Source of the DNA: a bacterium
GTDB lineage: Bacteria; UBA8248; JACPRG01; G963555815
Length of the DNA: 64,000 bases
Assembly: GCA_965218795.1 (NCBI GenBank)
Contig: OZ244653.1
Span: 4,256,001 to 4,320,000, forward strand
Direction of reading: 5' to 3'
Below the pieces are notes generated by a model. The model ran no database searches. It saw only the letters and a list, made by a program, of their open reading frames with translations, and was not told the origin of the DNA. Numbering within the stretch: the first letter of the stretch is position 1; every line of letters begins with the position of its first letter. This document shows positions 28,063 to 38,311 of this stretch, one piece after another. The position numbers and the translations under genes were made by a program.

Positions 28063-29838
28063 CTACCGAATTCCCCCGTTATCGGCTGGGCGTTCGCCGG
28101 CCGGGTGGACGGCGGGAGCGGGACTCATGGTTTGCAAATCGTACAGCCGCGCGTACAGGCCTTCCTGCGTCAGGAGGGAGTCGTGCGTCCCCTGTTCGAT
28201 CAGCCGGCCCCGATCGAAGACCATGATCCGATCCGCCCGGCGGACCGATGCCAGCCGATGCGCCACGAGCAGCGTGGTTCTCCCTTCCATGAGCTCATTC
28301 AGCGCTTGTTCAATCAGCCGCTCGGATTCCGCGTCCAGTGCCGAAGTGGCCTCATCGAGGATGAGCAGGGCCGGGTCCCGAAGCGCGGCCCGGGCTATCG
28401 CAAGCCGCTGCCTCTCCCCCCCTGACAGCTTCACTCCGTCTTCGCCGATGAGGGTTTCGAATCCCTGGGGAAGGGCGGTGATGAACCCGTAGGCGTTTGC
28501 GGTTTTTGCGGCCGCCTCGATTTCGTCCGCGGAGGCCCCCGACAGGTTGTAGGCGATGTTGGCGGCGACGGTGTCGTTGAACAGGACCGTTTGCTGCGTG
28601 ACGACCGCCATCTGCGATCGAAGGGAGTGAGGATCGTATTCCGTCATGTCCGTTCCGTCCCACAGAATGCGCCCCGACGTCGGCTCGTACAACCCCATGA
28701 CGAGGTCCAGGATCGTCGTCTTGCCAGCCCCCGTCTGACCGACGATGGCGGTCACTTCCCCCTTGGGAAGATCGAGCGAGACATTCTGAAGAACGGGAAC
28801 GTCCTCATACTGAAAGGAGACATGATCGAATGCAATGCCGGCGGCAAGCGCGGGTACGGACCGGCCTCCGCGCCGTTCCTTGAGTGGCGAGGTCTCGTCC
28901 ATCAGGCCGAAGACTTCGTCCGCGGCGGCCATCCCCTCCTGGAGCGTGTGATAGGTGCGCGAAAGCCGCTTCATCGGGCCTATGATGAGACCGAGGGCCG
29001 CAATGAAGGAGATGAATTCGCCGGGTGTTCGCGTGCCGCTCAGGACCTGCCGGCCCCCATACCAGAGGATAAAGGCGGCTCCGGCTCCTCCGAGGATCTC
29101 GACGATCGGGTGGCTGATCGCCCGCACGCGTCGGGCTTTCATGGCCAGGTCGAAAAACTTCCGGTTTCGCCCGCCGAACCGGACGGATTCGTGCTCCTCC
29201 GCGTTGTAGGCCTTGACGACGCGCGCGGCCTGAAACGCTTCTTTCATCGACGTGCTGATGTCACCCATTTGAGACTGCATCCTCCGGGTGATCCCCCGGA
29301 GCTTTCCGCCCAGCCGTCCGATGATGAGCCCCAGAGGCGGCAGGATCACGACGAAAATGCCCGAAAGAAAGGGATCCCGGTAGAAGGCCAGCGCGAGGAG
29401 GAAAACCAGACTGATGGAATGGTGGCCCAGGTCCCTCAGGCCCGTGGCGGATGCCTGCTGCATCAGGGTGATGTCGTACGTGATTTTCGACATGAGCTCG
29501 CCCGAAGTTTTCCGGACGAAGAAGGCCAGGGGCAATTGGTGGAAATGGCGGTAGAGGTCGTTTCGAACGTCCATCACAAGCCGCTGACCGAGCCAAAACA
29601 TGAAGTAGCTCTGGCCGTAGGCAAAGATCCCCTTGATCACATAAGTCAGGAGGATGGCTGCCACAATGAGGTTCAGCGTCCACAGATCCTTCGCAATGAA
29701 AACGTCGTCGATCACATTCTTTGCAAGGTAGGCGGGCACGGCTGTCACTGCCCCCAGGACGATCATGCAGATCGCAGCCTGAATGCACCGCCGCCCATAA
29801 GGTTTGAGGTAGCAGAGAATCCGCAGGTACTTCTTCAT
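28063..29838 (-). CDS. msbA: Lipid A-core flippase ABC transporter MsbA
   Basis: TMD plus NBD (GQTGAGKT, LSGGERQR, LDEATSALD) inside LPS operon. Confidence 0.88.
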   Translation of the reverse strand: MKKYLRILCYLKPYGRRCIQAAICMIVLGAVTAVPAYLAKNVIDDVFIAKDLWTLNLIVAAILLTYVIKGIFAYGQSYFMFWLGQRLVMDVRNDLYRHFHQLPLAFFVRKTSGELMSKITYDITLMQQASATGLRDLGHHSISLVFLLALAFYRDPFLSGIFVVILPPLGLIIGRLGGKLRGITRRMQSQMGDISTSMKEAFQAARVVKAYNAEEHESVRFGGRNRKFFDLAMKARRVRAISHPIVEILGGAGAAFILWYGGRQVLSGTRTPGEFISFIAALGLIIGPMKRLSRTYHTLQEGMAAADEVFGLMDETSPLKERRGGRSVPALAAGIAFDHVSFQYEDVPVLQNVSLDLPKGEVTAIVGQTGAGKTTILDLVMGLYEPTSGRILWDGTDMTEYDPHSLRSQMAVVTQQTVLFNDTVAANIAYNLSGASADEIEAAAKTANAYGFITALPQGFETLIGEDGVKLSGGERQRLAIARAALRDPALLILDEATSALDAESERLIEQALNELMEGRTTLLVAHRLASVRRADRIMVFDRGRLIEQGTHDSLLTQEGLYARLYDLQTMSPAPAVHPAGERPADNGGIR

Positions 29839-29935
29839 GCTGTCTGTTCCGCCAACGCAGCAATTTTCAACCGGTTGCCACCAATCGAGTATAACAGGAT
29901 GCCCATGAGCGGCAACCGATTCCCGTGCGATGGAG

Positions 29936-31087
29936 TCATGCCCCTTTTTCCCGTACGGAAGATAAGAGAGATCGATACATCGTCTCCACCCGGTCGCCCT
30001 GGACCCGTTCATCAAATTCGGACGCTGTTCTTTCACGGGCGCCTCGCCCCAAGGCTCCCGCGCGTTCGGGCTCCCTCAGCAGGCCGATAATCGCCCCGGC
30101 CATGGCGTTCGGATCGGAGGGAGGGACAACGACCCCCGATGTTCCGTGCTCCACGATTTCGTCCAGGCCGTCCGCCCGGGCGACCACGCTTGGAAGTCCG
30201 TAGGCCATGGCCTCCAGCAGTGCGCGCGCGGTTCCTTCGGATCCTCCGGACTGGAGGACGAACACATCCAACTGGCACAGAACGTCCCGAAGGTCACCGT
30301 CCCAATACCCCGACAGGATGACCTCACGGCCGGGGTGCAGCCCCAGGCGCTCCGCTCGCCGGACAATCGCCTCGCGGTATTCCCCTTTACCCGTCAGCAG
30401 AAGCCGGGCTTCCGGAATTTCGTCCCGGATGCGCCGGAACGCCTCGAGAAGGGGAAGGTGCCCGCGGTCCGGCGCCAGCCGGGAGACCGTGCCTACGACG
30501 GGACCCGTGCCGTCCAATCCCAGCCGGTTCCGCCCGCCCGCGTTTCCCGTGCCGGGCTTGAAGAAATCCGTGTCGACCATTCCACGAAGGGCGAACGTCC
30601 GTTCCTTCGGGGTGCGCGCCTCCTTCTCGCATTGCGTCCGGATATCTTCCGATACAGCGAAGAAACCGTCGGTCCGTTCATAACAGAACTTGCGATGTAA
30701 CGGATCCCGCCGGACGTGCCGGGCCCGATGGAAGGTTCGCACCACGACGGGCGAATCCCCTGTTCTTGCCGCCACCGCGACCCAATGGTCGTGGGACAGG
30801 TGGGCGTGCAGGATATCGACGGCTTCCCGGTGGACAATTTCACGAAGACGACTTCGGTCGCTCAAAAAATCAAGGAGGCCCAACCGGCGATTGAGCCGCA
30901 ATCCCTCGAACGTGAGGCCCGCCTCGCGGACGCGCTTTTCCAACTGGTCGTCCGAGATGGCGGCCAGGACCACCCGATGGCCGCGACCCCGAAGAACGCG
31001 GGACAATCCCAGCGTTGCGGAAGCCGCCCCCGTCAGCCAAGGGCTGCTGATGATCTGAAGAACCGAAAGCCGGTCCGGCCCCGTCAA
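29936..31087 (-). CDS. GT4 glycosyltransferase
   Basis: HAHLSHDHW, SEGTARALLEAMAYGLP; paralogous to 26844-28061. Confidence 0.88.
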   Translation of the reverse strand: MTGPDRLSVLQIISSPWLTGAASATLGLSRVLRGRGHRVVLAAISDDQLEKRVREAGLTFEGLRLNRRLGLLDFLSDRSRLREIVHREAVDILHAHLSHDHWVAVAARTGDSPVVVRTFHRARHVRRDPLHRKFCYERTDGFFAVSEDIRTQCEKEARTPKERTFALRGMVDTDFFKPGTGNAGGRNRLGLDGTGPVVGTVSRLAPDRGHLPLLEAFRRIRDEIPEARLLLTGKGEYREAIVRRAERLGLHPGREVILSGYWDGDLRDVLCQLDVFVLQSGGSEGTARALLEAMAYGLPSVVARADGLDEIVEHGTSGVVVPPSDPNAMAGAIIGLLREPERAGALGRGARERTASEFDERVQGDRVETMYRSLLSSVREKGA

Positions 31088-32196
31088 CGTCCGTTCCCTT
31101 GGGCCCGCCGGAGCCTATCCTCATAGAGCCGTTCCAAAGCGTCCAACATCCCTTCCAGCGAGTAACGCTCGCGGACGCGCTCCAAGCCCGTGGCTCCGAG
31201 TCGGTTGCGAAGGGCCTTATCTGCAATCAACCGCCCCACGGCATCCGCGAGCGCCGGCGCGTCGCCCGGCGGGACAAGGAGTCCCGTTTCACCGTCCCGG
31301 ACAATCTCCGGGATTCCCCCGACATCTGTCCCCACCAGGGGCAGGCCGGTGGCCATGGCCTGAAGGCCCGCCTGTGGAATGCCGTCCGTCCGAATTGAGG
31401 CCATGACCAGTACGTCCAGGGCCGCCATGACGGCAGGGATGTCCTCCCGGTAACCCGTCAGGCGAACCCGGTCCGTCATCCCTTCCCGATCCACCTTTTC
31501 CCGTACTATGTTTCGCCAGAGACCGTCACCGACGACAAGGAACCGCGTATCCGGATTTTCGCCGGACAGGAGCCGCGCCGCCTCGATGAAGGTGTCGTGC
31601 CCCTTGGATCCGCGGAGCTGGGCGACGATTCCCACGAGCGGGGTCCTTTCGTCCAGCCCGAACTCTTCCCGAAACGGCCGGCCGGAAACGTGGGGACCGA
31701 ACCGATCCAGGTCCACCCCGGTCGGCAACGTCACGACCCGTTCCGGTTCCAGGCCGTATTGCCGTACCAGATGATCCCGAGTGGCGGATGCCGTGACGAT
31801 GATCCGGTCCGGTATCCGGTACACCGGATTCAGGCGATGGGCGTGGACCGGGATAGAGACATGGCGCGTCCGGATCAGGACCGGGACGCCGGTCCGCTTG
31901 CCGGCCAGTCCGGCCAGCCAGCTGTCCTTGGAGCTGTGGGTATGAAGGATGGCGGGCCGCTCGCGGCGGAGCAGACGGTGGAGCCGGAACCAGCCGTTCA
32001 GATCCATGACGCTCCGCATGGGAATGGGAATGAAGGGGATTCCGCGCCGGCGGGCTTCGCGTCCGATGCCGCTGTTCGACGGGCCGGCAATACGCACCCG
32101 ATGCCCGCGGCGGCCGAGGTGTTCGGCCTCGAGGACCGTGCGGGCCTCCTGCCCTCCCCATCCGTCGGAGGATTCGGTATGGAGAATGTCAAGCAT
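31084..32196 (-). CDS. GT4 glycosyltransferase
   Basis: WGGQE, HTHSSKDSW, KGH, DGIPQAGLQAMA, VGGIPE. Confidence 0.9.
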   Translation of the reverse strand: MLDILHTESSDGWGGQEARTVLEAEHLGRRGHRVRIAGPSNSGIGREARRRGIPFIPIPMRSVMDLNGWFRLHRLLRRERPAILHTHSSKDSWLAGLAGKRTGVPVLIRTRHVSIPVHAHRLNPVYRIPDRIIVTASATRDHLVRQYGLEPERVVTLPTGVDLDRFGPHVSGRPFREEFGLDERTPLVGIVAQLRGSKGHDTFIEAARLLSGENPDTRFLVVGDGLWRNIVREKVDREGMTDRVRLTGYREDIPAVMAALDVLVMASIRTDGIPQAGLQAMATGLPLVGTDVGGIPEIVRDGETGLLVPPGDAPALADAVGRLIADKALRNRLGATGLERVRERYSLEGMLDALERLYEDRLRRAQGNGR

Positions 32197-32953
32197 CCGG
32201 TTTGTTCAACAGTTCGCGCAGGCGAGCGTACTTGGCAAAGACATAGAAAGCGTCGAGCCCGGCATAGATCAGGCCGTCCACACCATCCCGAAATCCGCCC
32301 ACGGTCAAAAAGTTCCGGAGGAAACGCGCGGGTGGCCGCAAACAGAGATGGGTCCATCCCGGCCGGACGCCCTGCCGCTTCAGGTCGGCGGCGGCCAGAT
32401 TCGCATACCGATCGAGCCTTCGAAGGAAGTCCCCCAGGTCGTCGTATGAATAATGCTCCAGCGCGCCCTGCAGGGTGCCCGTTCGCCCCTGGACCTCCAC
32501 GGACTCATGGACGCTTCGGTCGTTGAACCGCCCGGCCCCCTTCCGGAAGAATCGCATTTGATGATCGGGATACCAGGACCGGCCCTTCATCCAGCGGCCG
32601 CCGAAGATGTTTTTTCGGGGAATGAGGTAGCCGTCGCATTCCGGTCCCTGCGCGAGAAGGGCGCCGATTTCCTGCCGCAGCTCATCGGTGACGCGTTCAT
32701 CGGCATCCAGGCTCAGCACCCAGCCGTGCGATGCGTGATCGATCGCATAGTTCTTCTGGACCGCAAAGCCCGGCCAGGAATTCTCCAGCACCCGCGCCCC
32801 GCAGGCGCGGGCGATCTCCCGCGTATCGTCTGTGCTGCCGCCGTCCACCACGATGATTTCATCCACCCAGGAAAGGCTCTCCAGGCAGGGGCCGATGCGA
32901 TGAGCCTCATCTTGCGCGATCACTGTAGCGGAGACCGGAGTGCCGTCATCCAT
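32189..32953 (-). CDS. GT2 LPS core glucosyltransferase (WaaE/KdtX-like)
   Basis: VVDGGSTDDT, QKNYA, LDADE, WYPD, VHE, HYSY. Confidence 0.9.
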   Translation of the reverse strand: MDDGTPVSATVIAQDEAHRIGPCLESLSWVDEIIVVDGGSTDDTREIARACGARVLENSWPGFAVQKNYAIDHASHGWVLSLDADERVTDELRQEIGALLAQGPECDGYLIPRKNIFGGRWMKGRSWYPDHQMRFFRKGAGRFNDRSVHESVEVQGRTGTLQGALEHYSYDDLGDFLRRLDRYANLAAADLKRQGVRPGWTHLCLRPPARFLRNFLTVGGFRDGVDGLIYAGLDAFYVFAKYARLRELLNKPDA

Positions 32954-33023
32954 GGAACGCCGTCCAGGCCGGTGTTCGGCCGGAGATCTTCCGGCTGGTG
33001 ACCACCGGGTCGGAGAGCCGCCG

Positions 33024-33200
33024 CTAGCCCGCTTCGAGCGGCAGGGCCTCATCAATGAGCATGATGGGAATGTCGTCGCGGATGGGGTATTTCAGCTTGC
33101 AGGCATCGCAGATCAGGAAGCTCTCGTCGTCAAGCAGTCGAAGCTCCCCCTTGCACTTGGGACAAGCCAGAATCTCCAGCAGTTCCTTGTTGATTGCCAT
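33024..33200 (-). CDS. Trm112/YcaR family small protein, 58 aa (missing from ORF track)
   Basis: Manual translation MAINKELLEILACPKCKGELRLLDDESFLICDACKLKYPIRDDIPIMLIDEALPLEAG; AGGAG RBS. Confidence 0.92.
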   Translation of the reverse strand: MAINKELLEILACPKCKGELRLLDDESFLICDACKLKYPIRDDIPIMLIDEALPLEAG

Positions 33201-34164
33201 TCAATCGTCTCCTTTGTTGCCATTCGTATTGCTGTCGGATGCCGTCCATCAGTCCGACTTTCGGGCAAAATCCGAAATCCTTCGCCGCGCGGGAAATATC
33301 CGCCCAGGTATGACGAACGTCGCCCGCCTGCCGGTCCAGGAATTTTCTTCGCGCCTTGCGGCTGGAGACCTCCTCCAGGATATCCACCACCCGGTTGATG
33401 GAGGCCCGCTCGCCCCCACCGATATTGTAAACGCTTCCGTCCTTTCCTTCTTTCACCGCAGCCAGATTGGCATCGATCGCATCGCTGATGAAGGTGAAAT
33501 CCCGGGTCTGTTCCCCGTCCCCATAGATCTCGATTTCCCCATCGTCCAGAAGGGTCTCGATGAAGCGATTGAACGCCATGTCCGGCCGTTGCCGGGGGCC
33601 GTATACCGAAAAGTATCGGAGCGAAACGACCGGCAGGCCGAACTGTCTCCAGTAAAGATAGCCCAACTGCTCGCCGGCCAGTTTGGATACCCCATAAGGG
33701 GAAACCGGACAGGGCGTCGCATCCTCCGTCGTCTTTCCTTCCTCGGCCTCACCGTAAATCGAGGAAGAGGAGGCGTAGACAATCCGCTCCACGGAGCCCC
33801 CGCCGGAAGCGCCCAGCCCTCTGATCGTCTCCAGAAGGTGCTGGGTGCCGAGGATATTGTTGTCGGAATAGGTGCGGAAGAACTCGCCCCAACTGGCCCG
33901 CACACCGGCCTGGGCGGCCTGATGAAAGACCCAGCCCACATCCTTCAGGACCGGTTCGAGGACGATCCGGACCAGGTCGCCTTCGATGAATTCAAAACGG
34001 CTTTCCCCTCGAAGCCGATCCAGATTGGCTTCCTTGACGCCCCGGGCGTAGTAATCCGTAAAGCAGTCCAGTCCCCGAACCTCCAGACCGTCTTCGACAA
34101 GCCTTTGTGCGAGATTGGAGCCGATAAACCCTGCGACGCCGGTCACAAGGCAGCGTTTGTTCAA
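33130..34164 (-). CDS. NAD-dependent nucleotide-sugar epimerase (UDP-glucuronate/glucose 4-epimerase-like)
   Basis: TGVAGFIGS, AAQAGVR, ASSSSIYG, YGVSK, YGPRQRPDMAF; TTG start overlaps waaC stop. Confidence 0.9.
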   Translation of the reverse strand: MNKRCLVTGVAGFIGSNLAQRLVEDGLEVRGLDCFTDYYARGVKEANLDRLRGESRFEFIEGDLVRIVLEPVLKDVGWVFHQAAQAGVRASWGEFFRTYSDNNILGTQHLLETIRGLGASGGGSVERIVYASSSSIYGEAEEGKTTEDATPCPVSPYGVSKLAGEQLGYLYWRQFGLPVVSLRYFSVYGPRQRPDMAFNRFIETLLDDGEIEIYGDGEQTRDFTFISDAIDANLAAVKEGKDGSVYNIGGGERASINRVVDILEEVSSRKARRKFLDRQAGDVRHTWADISRAAKDFGFCPKVGLMDGIRQQYEWQQRRRLNGNQQGTAGDSGLSQVQGGASTA

Positions 34165-35267
34165 GGCTGTTGATTCTCCCTTTGAGCAGCGACCGCACGG
34201 GGTCGGTTCCAGGAATCCAGAGCCGCGCCGGCGACCTCCTCGGGGCTCATCCCGGTCAGGCACCGCGTTCCGAATCCGGGGCAAACCCTCAGATAACAAT
34301 GGCTGCAGGAAAGCTCATGATGCACGATGGTCCCCCGAACGCCGCCCGGTCCCATCGGTCCGTTCCGCGCGGGGGTCGTCGGTCCCATGAGGGCAAGCGT
34401 CGGAACGCCCAGCGCGGCCGCCAGATGGAGCGGGCCCGTGTCTCCGCCGATGACGAGACCGCACCGCTCGAGGAAACCCGCCATCTCTCGAACCGTCGTC
34501 GGGGGGATGACCTCGGCGGAATCGTCCAACTCTTCGCACAGGGACGCGGCGAGCGATTCCTCTCCGGGACCCCAAATCACCAGGAGACGCGCTCCCGTTT
34601 CTCTGGCCAACGAAGTCCCCAATGCGGCGTAGCTTTCCACGCTCCAACGCTTGGTGGCCCAACCCGCCCCCGGATGAATGGCAATGGGCGGGAATTCCGC
34701 GTCTTCCCCCCGCTCGGCATAAAACCGGTCGGCGTTTTCCCGGTCCACGGCGGTGAGTCCGATGGGAAACTCGATGGGGGTGTCCCCCTTCAGTCCAAGG
34801 GGGCCCAGAAGCGAGAGGTTCCATTCGATAACGTGGGAATCTTTCGCGAAAAGCGGCACCCGTTCCGTATAAAAAGAGGCGGCCAGGGCTTCCCTGCAAT
34901 GGGGTGCATCGAACCCGATTCGTCTCCGGGCGCCTGTGATCCAGGATACCACGGCGCTTTTCAACAATCCTTGAAAATCGATTACGGCATCGTAGCGTCT
35001 GTCTCGGATCCGCCTGAATGCCTGGAGGGGGCCCGCAGTCCCTCGGTCGAGCCGGCGCCATTGCTTCGTGTCCACCGCCTGAACACCGTCCAGGCAGGGG
35101 TGGCCCTGCAAAAAGGGGATGTAAGCCGATTCCGTCAGCCAATCGATTCGGTTCGACGTAGCGGTTCCGTTCTCAATCTTGGGAAATGCGGCGCGCAGGG
35201 CTGATAACGCGGGGAGGGTATGGATGATGTCGCCCAGGGAGCCGAGGCGAATGATTCCGATATTCAA
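34161..35267 (-). CDS. waaC: LPS heptosyltransferase I (GT9)
   Basis: RLGSLGDIIH, IDFQGLLKSA, KRW, DTGPLHLAAA. Confidence 0.85.
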   Translation of the reverse strand: MNIGIIRLGSLGDIIHTLPALSALRAAFPKIENGTATSNRIDWLTESAYIPFLQGHPCLDGVQAVDTKQWRRLDRGTAGPLQAFRRIRDRRYDAVIDFQGLLKSAVVSWITGARRRIGFDAPHCREALAASFYTERVPLFAKDSHVIEWNLSLLGPLGLKGDTPIEFPIGLTAVDRENADRFYAERGEDAEFPPIAIHPGAGWATKRWSVESYAALGTSLARETGARLLVIWGPGEESLAASLCEELDDSAEVIPPTTVREMAGFLERCGLVIGGDTGPLHLAAALGVPTLALMGPTTPARNGPMGPGGVRGTIVHHELSCSHCYLRVCPGFGTRCLTGMSPEEVAGAALDSWNRPRAVAAQRENQQP

Positions 35268-35279
35268 GGGCGGCGGTCC

Positions 35280-35786
35280 TTATTCCTTCACGTCCGGAGG
35301 CCCCGTTCGGGCGGCCAGTCGGTCGATCATCTCTGAGGAGGATCGCATCTTCGGGTCTCCGGTGATGGCGGTTTCGCCTCCGTATTCCAGGACGACATCG
35401 CGCTCCGGCACGGTATCGACCGTATAATCCGTGCCCTTGGCGTGCACATGCGGTTTGTAGAGCCTGAGCAGTCGGGCAACGTCCCGATCACCAAAAAGCA
35501 CAAGATAGTCCACGCAGAACAGGGAGGCCAGGATTTCCAGCCGGTCCTCCTCGTTCATCCACGGGCGGCCCTCGCCCTTGAGCATCTTGGCGGACTCGTC
35601 ATCGTTGACGGCGACGATGAGGACGTCCCCCAGAGAGCGGGCCTCGGTCAGGTAACGGACGTGCCCCACGTGGAGGAGGTCGAAGCAGCCGTTGGCGAAC
35701 ACGACCCGCCGCCCCTGGGCCTTCAGTTCTTTGACGATTTGCGCCAGGTCTTCCACGGAGAGGATCTTTGTCGTGTTCCGGGTCAC
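35280..35786 (-). CDS. hldC: D-glycero-beta-D-manno-heptose 1-phosphate adenylyltransferase (RfaE domain II)
   Basis: ANGCFDLLHVGHVRYL, KGEGRP, KGTDY. Confidence 0.88.
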   Translation of the reverse strand: MTRNTTKILSVEDLAQIVKELKAQGRRVVFANGCFDLLHVGHVRYLTEARSLGDVLIVAVNDDESAKMLKGEGRPWMNEEDRLEILASLFCVDYLVLFGDRDVARLLRLYKPHVHAKGTDYTVDTVPERDVVLEYGGETAITGDPKMRSSSEMIDRLAARTGPPDVKE

Positions 35787-36817
35787 AAGACCTCCAGCAT
35801 CTCACGGCGGGAAACGGTGGCCGTTCCGCGCTTCATCACGACCAGTCCTCCGGCAATGTTGGCCAGCTGGGCGGAAACCCACATCGAAGCACCGGCGGCG
35901 AGGGAGAGCGCGAACGCTCCGATGACCGTATCCCCCGCCCCGGTCACGTCGGCCACATCGTCCCCTCCGAAGACACTCAGCGCTTGTGGCGGGTTGTCCC
36001 CCTCGAACAGGACCATACCGTTTTTCCCGCGCGTGAGGAGAAGCCCGCCGAAGTCCTGCCGCTTTCGGACAGCCTCGGCTTCGCGGTACAGGTTTTCGTC
36101 ATCGAGTTCCTTTCCCCGATTCAAGGATTCGGGGACATGTTTTCCCACTTGGCCGATCGCTTCCCGCATCTCCCCTTCGTTGGGCGTTGCCGCAGTGATA
36201 CCCCGGAAGCCGGGCAGGCCAGACCGGGAATCCACCACCACGGGCAGTCCGCGGTCACGGGCGGCGCGGTCAGTGGCCAGGACGTTGACGGCCTCCACCA
36301 CCTTCGGGTGCACCACCCCCAGGCCGTAATCGGAGATCAGGACCGCGTCGGCCTCCTTGGCCATCTCATTCAACCGATCGATCAGGAGAGCGGTCACCTT
36401 GTCCGAAAGCCTTCCCTCCCACTCGCGATCGATTCGGATGACTTGCTGCATGGTGGTGTTGGATTGTCCGGCCAGGACGCGGGTCTTGACCGTTGTATCC
36501 ACGTCGGGGAGCTGCAAGACACCAGTGGTATCGATGCCGCGGCTTCTCGATAACTCCAGGATTTCTTCTCCGGGCGCGTCTTCGCCCAGGATGCCGATGG
36601 TCCGGACCTCGCCGCCCAGGTCCCGGACGTTGTTCGCCGCGTTGCCGCCGCCCCCGAGTCTCAGCTCCCGGTCGCGGTGTTTCAGGATCAGGACAGGCGC
36701 CTCGCGGGAGATCCGGTAGGTGGACCCGAAGATGTACTCGTCCGCAATGATATCGCCGAGCACGACGACGCGCCGTCCCCGCAAGGCTTCAACCCAACCA
36801 CGGAGAAGATCGCTCAT
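35783..36817 (-). CDS. hldA: Heptose-7-phosphate kinase (RfaE domain I, PfkB family)
   Basis: RISREAPV, GGGGNAANN, SDYGLG, TPN, DVTGAGDTV. Confidence 0.88.
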   Translation of the reverse strand: MSDLLRGWVEALRGRRVVVLGDIIADEYIFGSTYRISREAPVLILKHRDRELRLGGGGNAANNVRDLGGEVRTIGILGEDAPGEEILELSRSRGIDTTGVLQLPDVDTTVKTRVLAGQSNTTMQQVIRIDREWEGRLSDKVTALLIDRLNEMAKEADAVLISDYGLGVVHPKVVEAVNVLATDRAARDRGLPVVVDSRSGLPGFRGITAATPNEGEMREAIGQVGKHVPESLNRGKELDDENLYREAEAVRKRQDFGGLLLTRGKNGMVLFEGDNPPQALSVFGGDDVADVTGAGDTVIGAFALSLAAGASMWVSAQLANIAGGLVVMKRGTATVSRREMLEVL

Positions 36818-37269
36818 CGGGAGGTCTCCAACTTCATGTCCCGGAGTATCCAGCGGGCGGCATCGTACAAATCCTCGACGACCGCGTCCGGGGCGTGCGT
36901 CCATTGAGGGGTGTTCCACTTCCATTCTCCCCGCCCGTAACCCGTCAGGACCAAGATCCCCCGGGCGCGGATTCGGGCCGCCAATTCAATGTCCACATAC
37001 TTGTCATCCACGACATAGCTGCGATGGAGCTCGAGCCGCAGGTCCTCTGCGGCCCGCTCGGCGAGCTTCGGCTCGGGTTTCCGACAGTCGCAGGCCCGAT
37101 GGAAGGACGCCACCCGGCCGTGCGGATGATGCGGGCAGTGATAATATGCGTCGATGCCGGCGCCGCGGGGAAGCAGGACGAGGCGGCTGATATGATTGAG
37201 ATATCCCATATCCTCGCAAATCGTTCCGTTGCGGTCGAGAAGGACGCCCGGCCTTCCTGAATTATCCAT
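36814..37269 (-). pseudogene. gmhB: Heptose-1,7-bisphosphate phosphatase GmhB, internally deleted and DxD mutated
   Basis: LDRNGTI (consensus DRDG), TNQSG segment absent, CPHHP...CDCRKP retained; 151 aa. Confidence 0.8.
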
Positions 37270-38311
37270 GGGCCGGCTCGGTTTGGGCGCGGCTTGCGGA
37301 CCTCATATGCAGCTTCTCCCGGACCGCCTCAACCACTTCGTCTACGCCCATTTCCTCCATGCACTCATGGCCGTAGGGACATCGTTTCAGAAAGCAGGGG
37401 GAGCAGAACAAATCGCGGTGGAGAACCGTGTGAGAATCTCCCAGGGGTCCCGTGTGCCCCGGATCGGTCGGACCGAACAAAGCGACGACCGGCGTTCCGA
37501 CGGACGCGGCGGCGTGCATGGGGCCGGTATCGCCCGTCAAAAAGGCGTCGAGCCGCTTCAGGATCCCCGGCAGCACGGACAGGCTGTCGCGTCCCGCCAG
37601 ATTCACGGGCTCGGTTTTCGTCAGACCGGCGATCGATGTCGTCAACTGCGCCTCCTCGCGGCTTCCGAACAGGATGACCCGGGCGCCTTCGACTTCGGCC
37701 AGCCGATCGGCGACCGCCGCAAACCGATCCGCCGGCCAGAGCTTGGTGACGCCGAACCTGGCTCCCGGCTGGATGCCGACCACCGGTTCGTCATCCCGAA
37801 TGCCGTGCTCGTTCCAGAGCGCATCGGCGAAGCTGAGCGCTTCGCCCGAGATGCCGATCCTGGGTTCTCGGGTCATGATCGCCACACCTGCGTGCTCCAG
37901 CAACACAAGGTACTCGTCCATTTGATGCCGGGCTGCCCCGGAGCGGAAGGGAACGGGGTCTGTCAGAAGCAATGCGCGGCCGTCCCGGCTATAGCCGGTC
38001 CGGTTCCGCGCTCCGGATGCGTAGGCCAGCAGCGCGCCGCGAAACGAGTTGGATAGGACCAGCGCCCAGTCCATCTCTGTTCGACGGAATCGGGCCGCCT
38101 CCCGGATGTCTCGAACGGCGGCGCCCGTCCGGACAAGCAGTTCGTCAAGGTCGGGATGCCCGGCGAGAATCGCCGCGGCGCCGGGAGCGCCCAGATAATG
38201 GAGCCGGGCGGAAGGGAATGCCGCCCGGAGATTCGACAACACAGGGATCGACAGGATGGTATCGCCCAGCCAGGTCGGTCCGATGACGAGGATGTTGGCC
38301 GGAGGCTTCAT
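37262..38311 (-). CDS. waaF: LPS heptosyltransferase II (GT9)
   Basis: PTWLGD, NSFRGAL, PGARFGVTKLWP, DTGPMHAA, CSPCFLKRCP. Confidence 0.9.
   Translation of the reverse strand: MKPPANILVIGPTWLGDTILSIPVLSNLRAAFPSARLHYLGAPGAAAILAGHPDLDELLVRTGAAVRDIREAARFRRTEMDWALVLSNSFRGALLAYASGARNRTGYSRDGRALLLTDPVPFRSGAARHQMDEYLVLLEHAGVAIMTREPRIGISGEALSFADALWNEHGIRDDEPVVGIQPGARFGVTKLWPADRFAAVADRLAEVEGARVILFGSREEAQLTTSIAGLTKTEPVNLAGRDSLSVLPGILKRLDAFLTGDTGPMHAAASVGTPVVALFGPTDPGHTGPLGDSHTVLHRDLFCSPCFLKRCPYGHECMEEMGVDEVVEAVREKLHMRSASRAQTEPAHG

Noticed and set aside
33130-33200. 71-nt overlap of the epimerase tail with the Trm112 gene as dual coding
   Set aside because: The tail lies beyond the conserved epimerase domain; most simply a lost stop codon.
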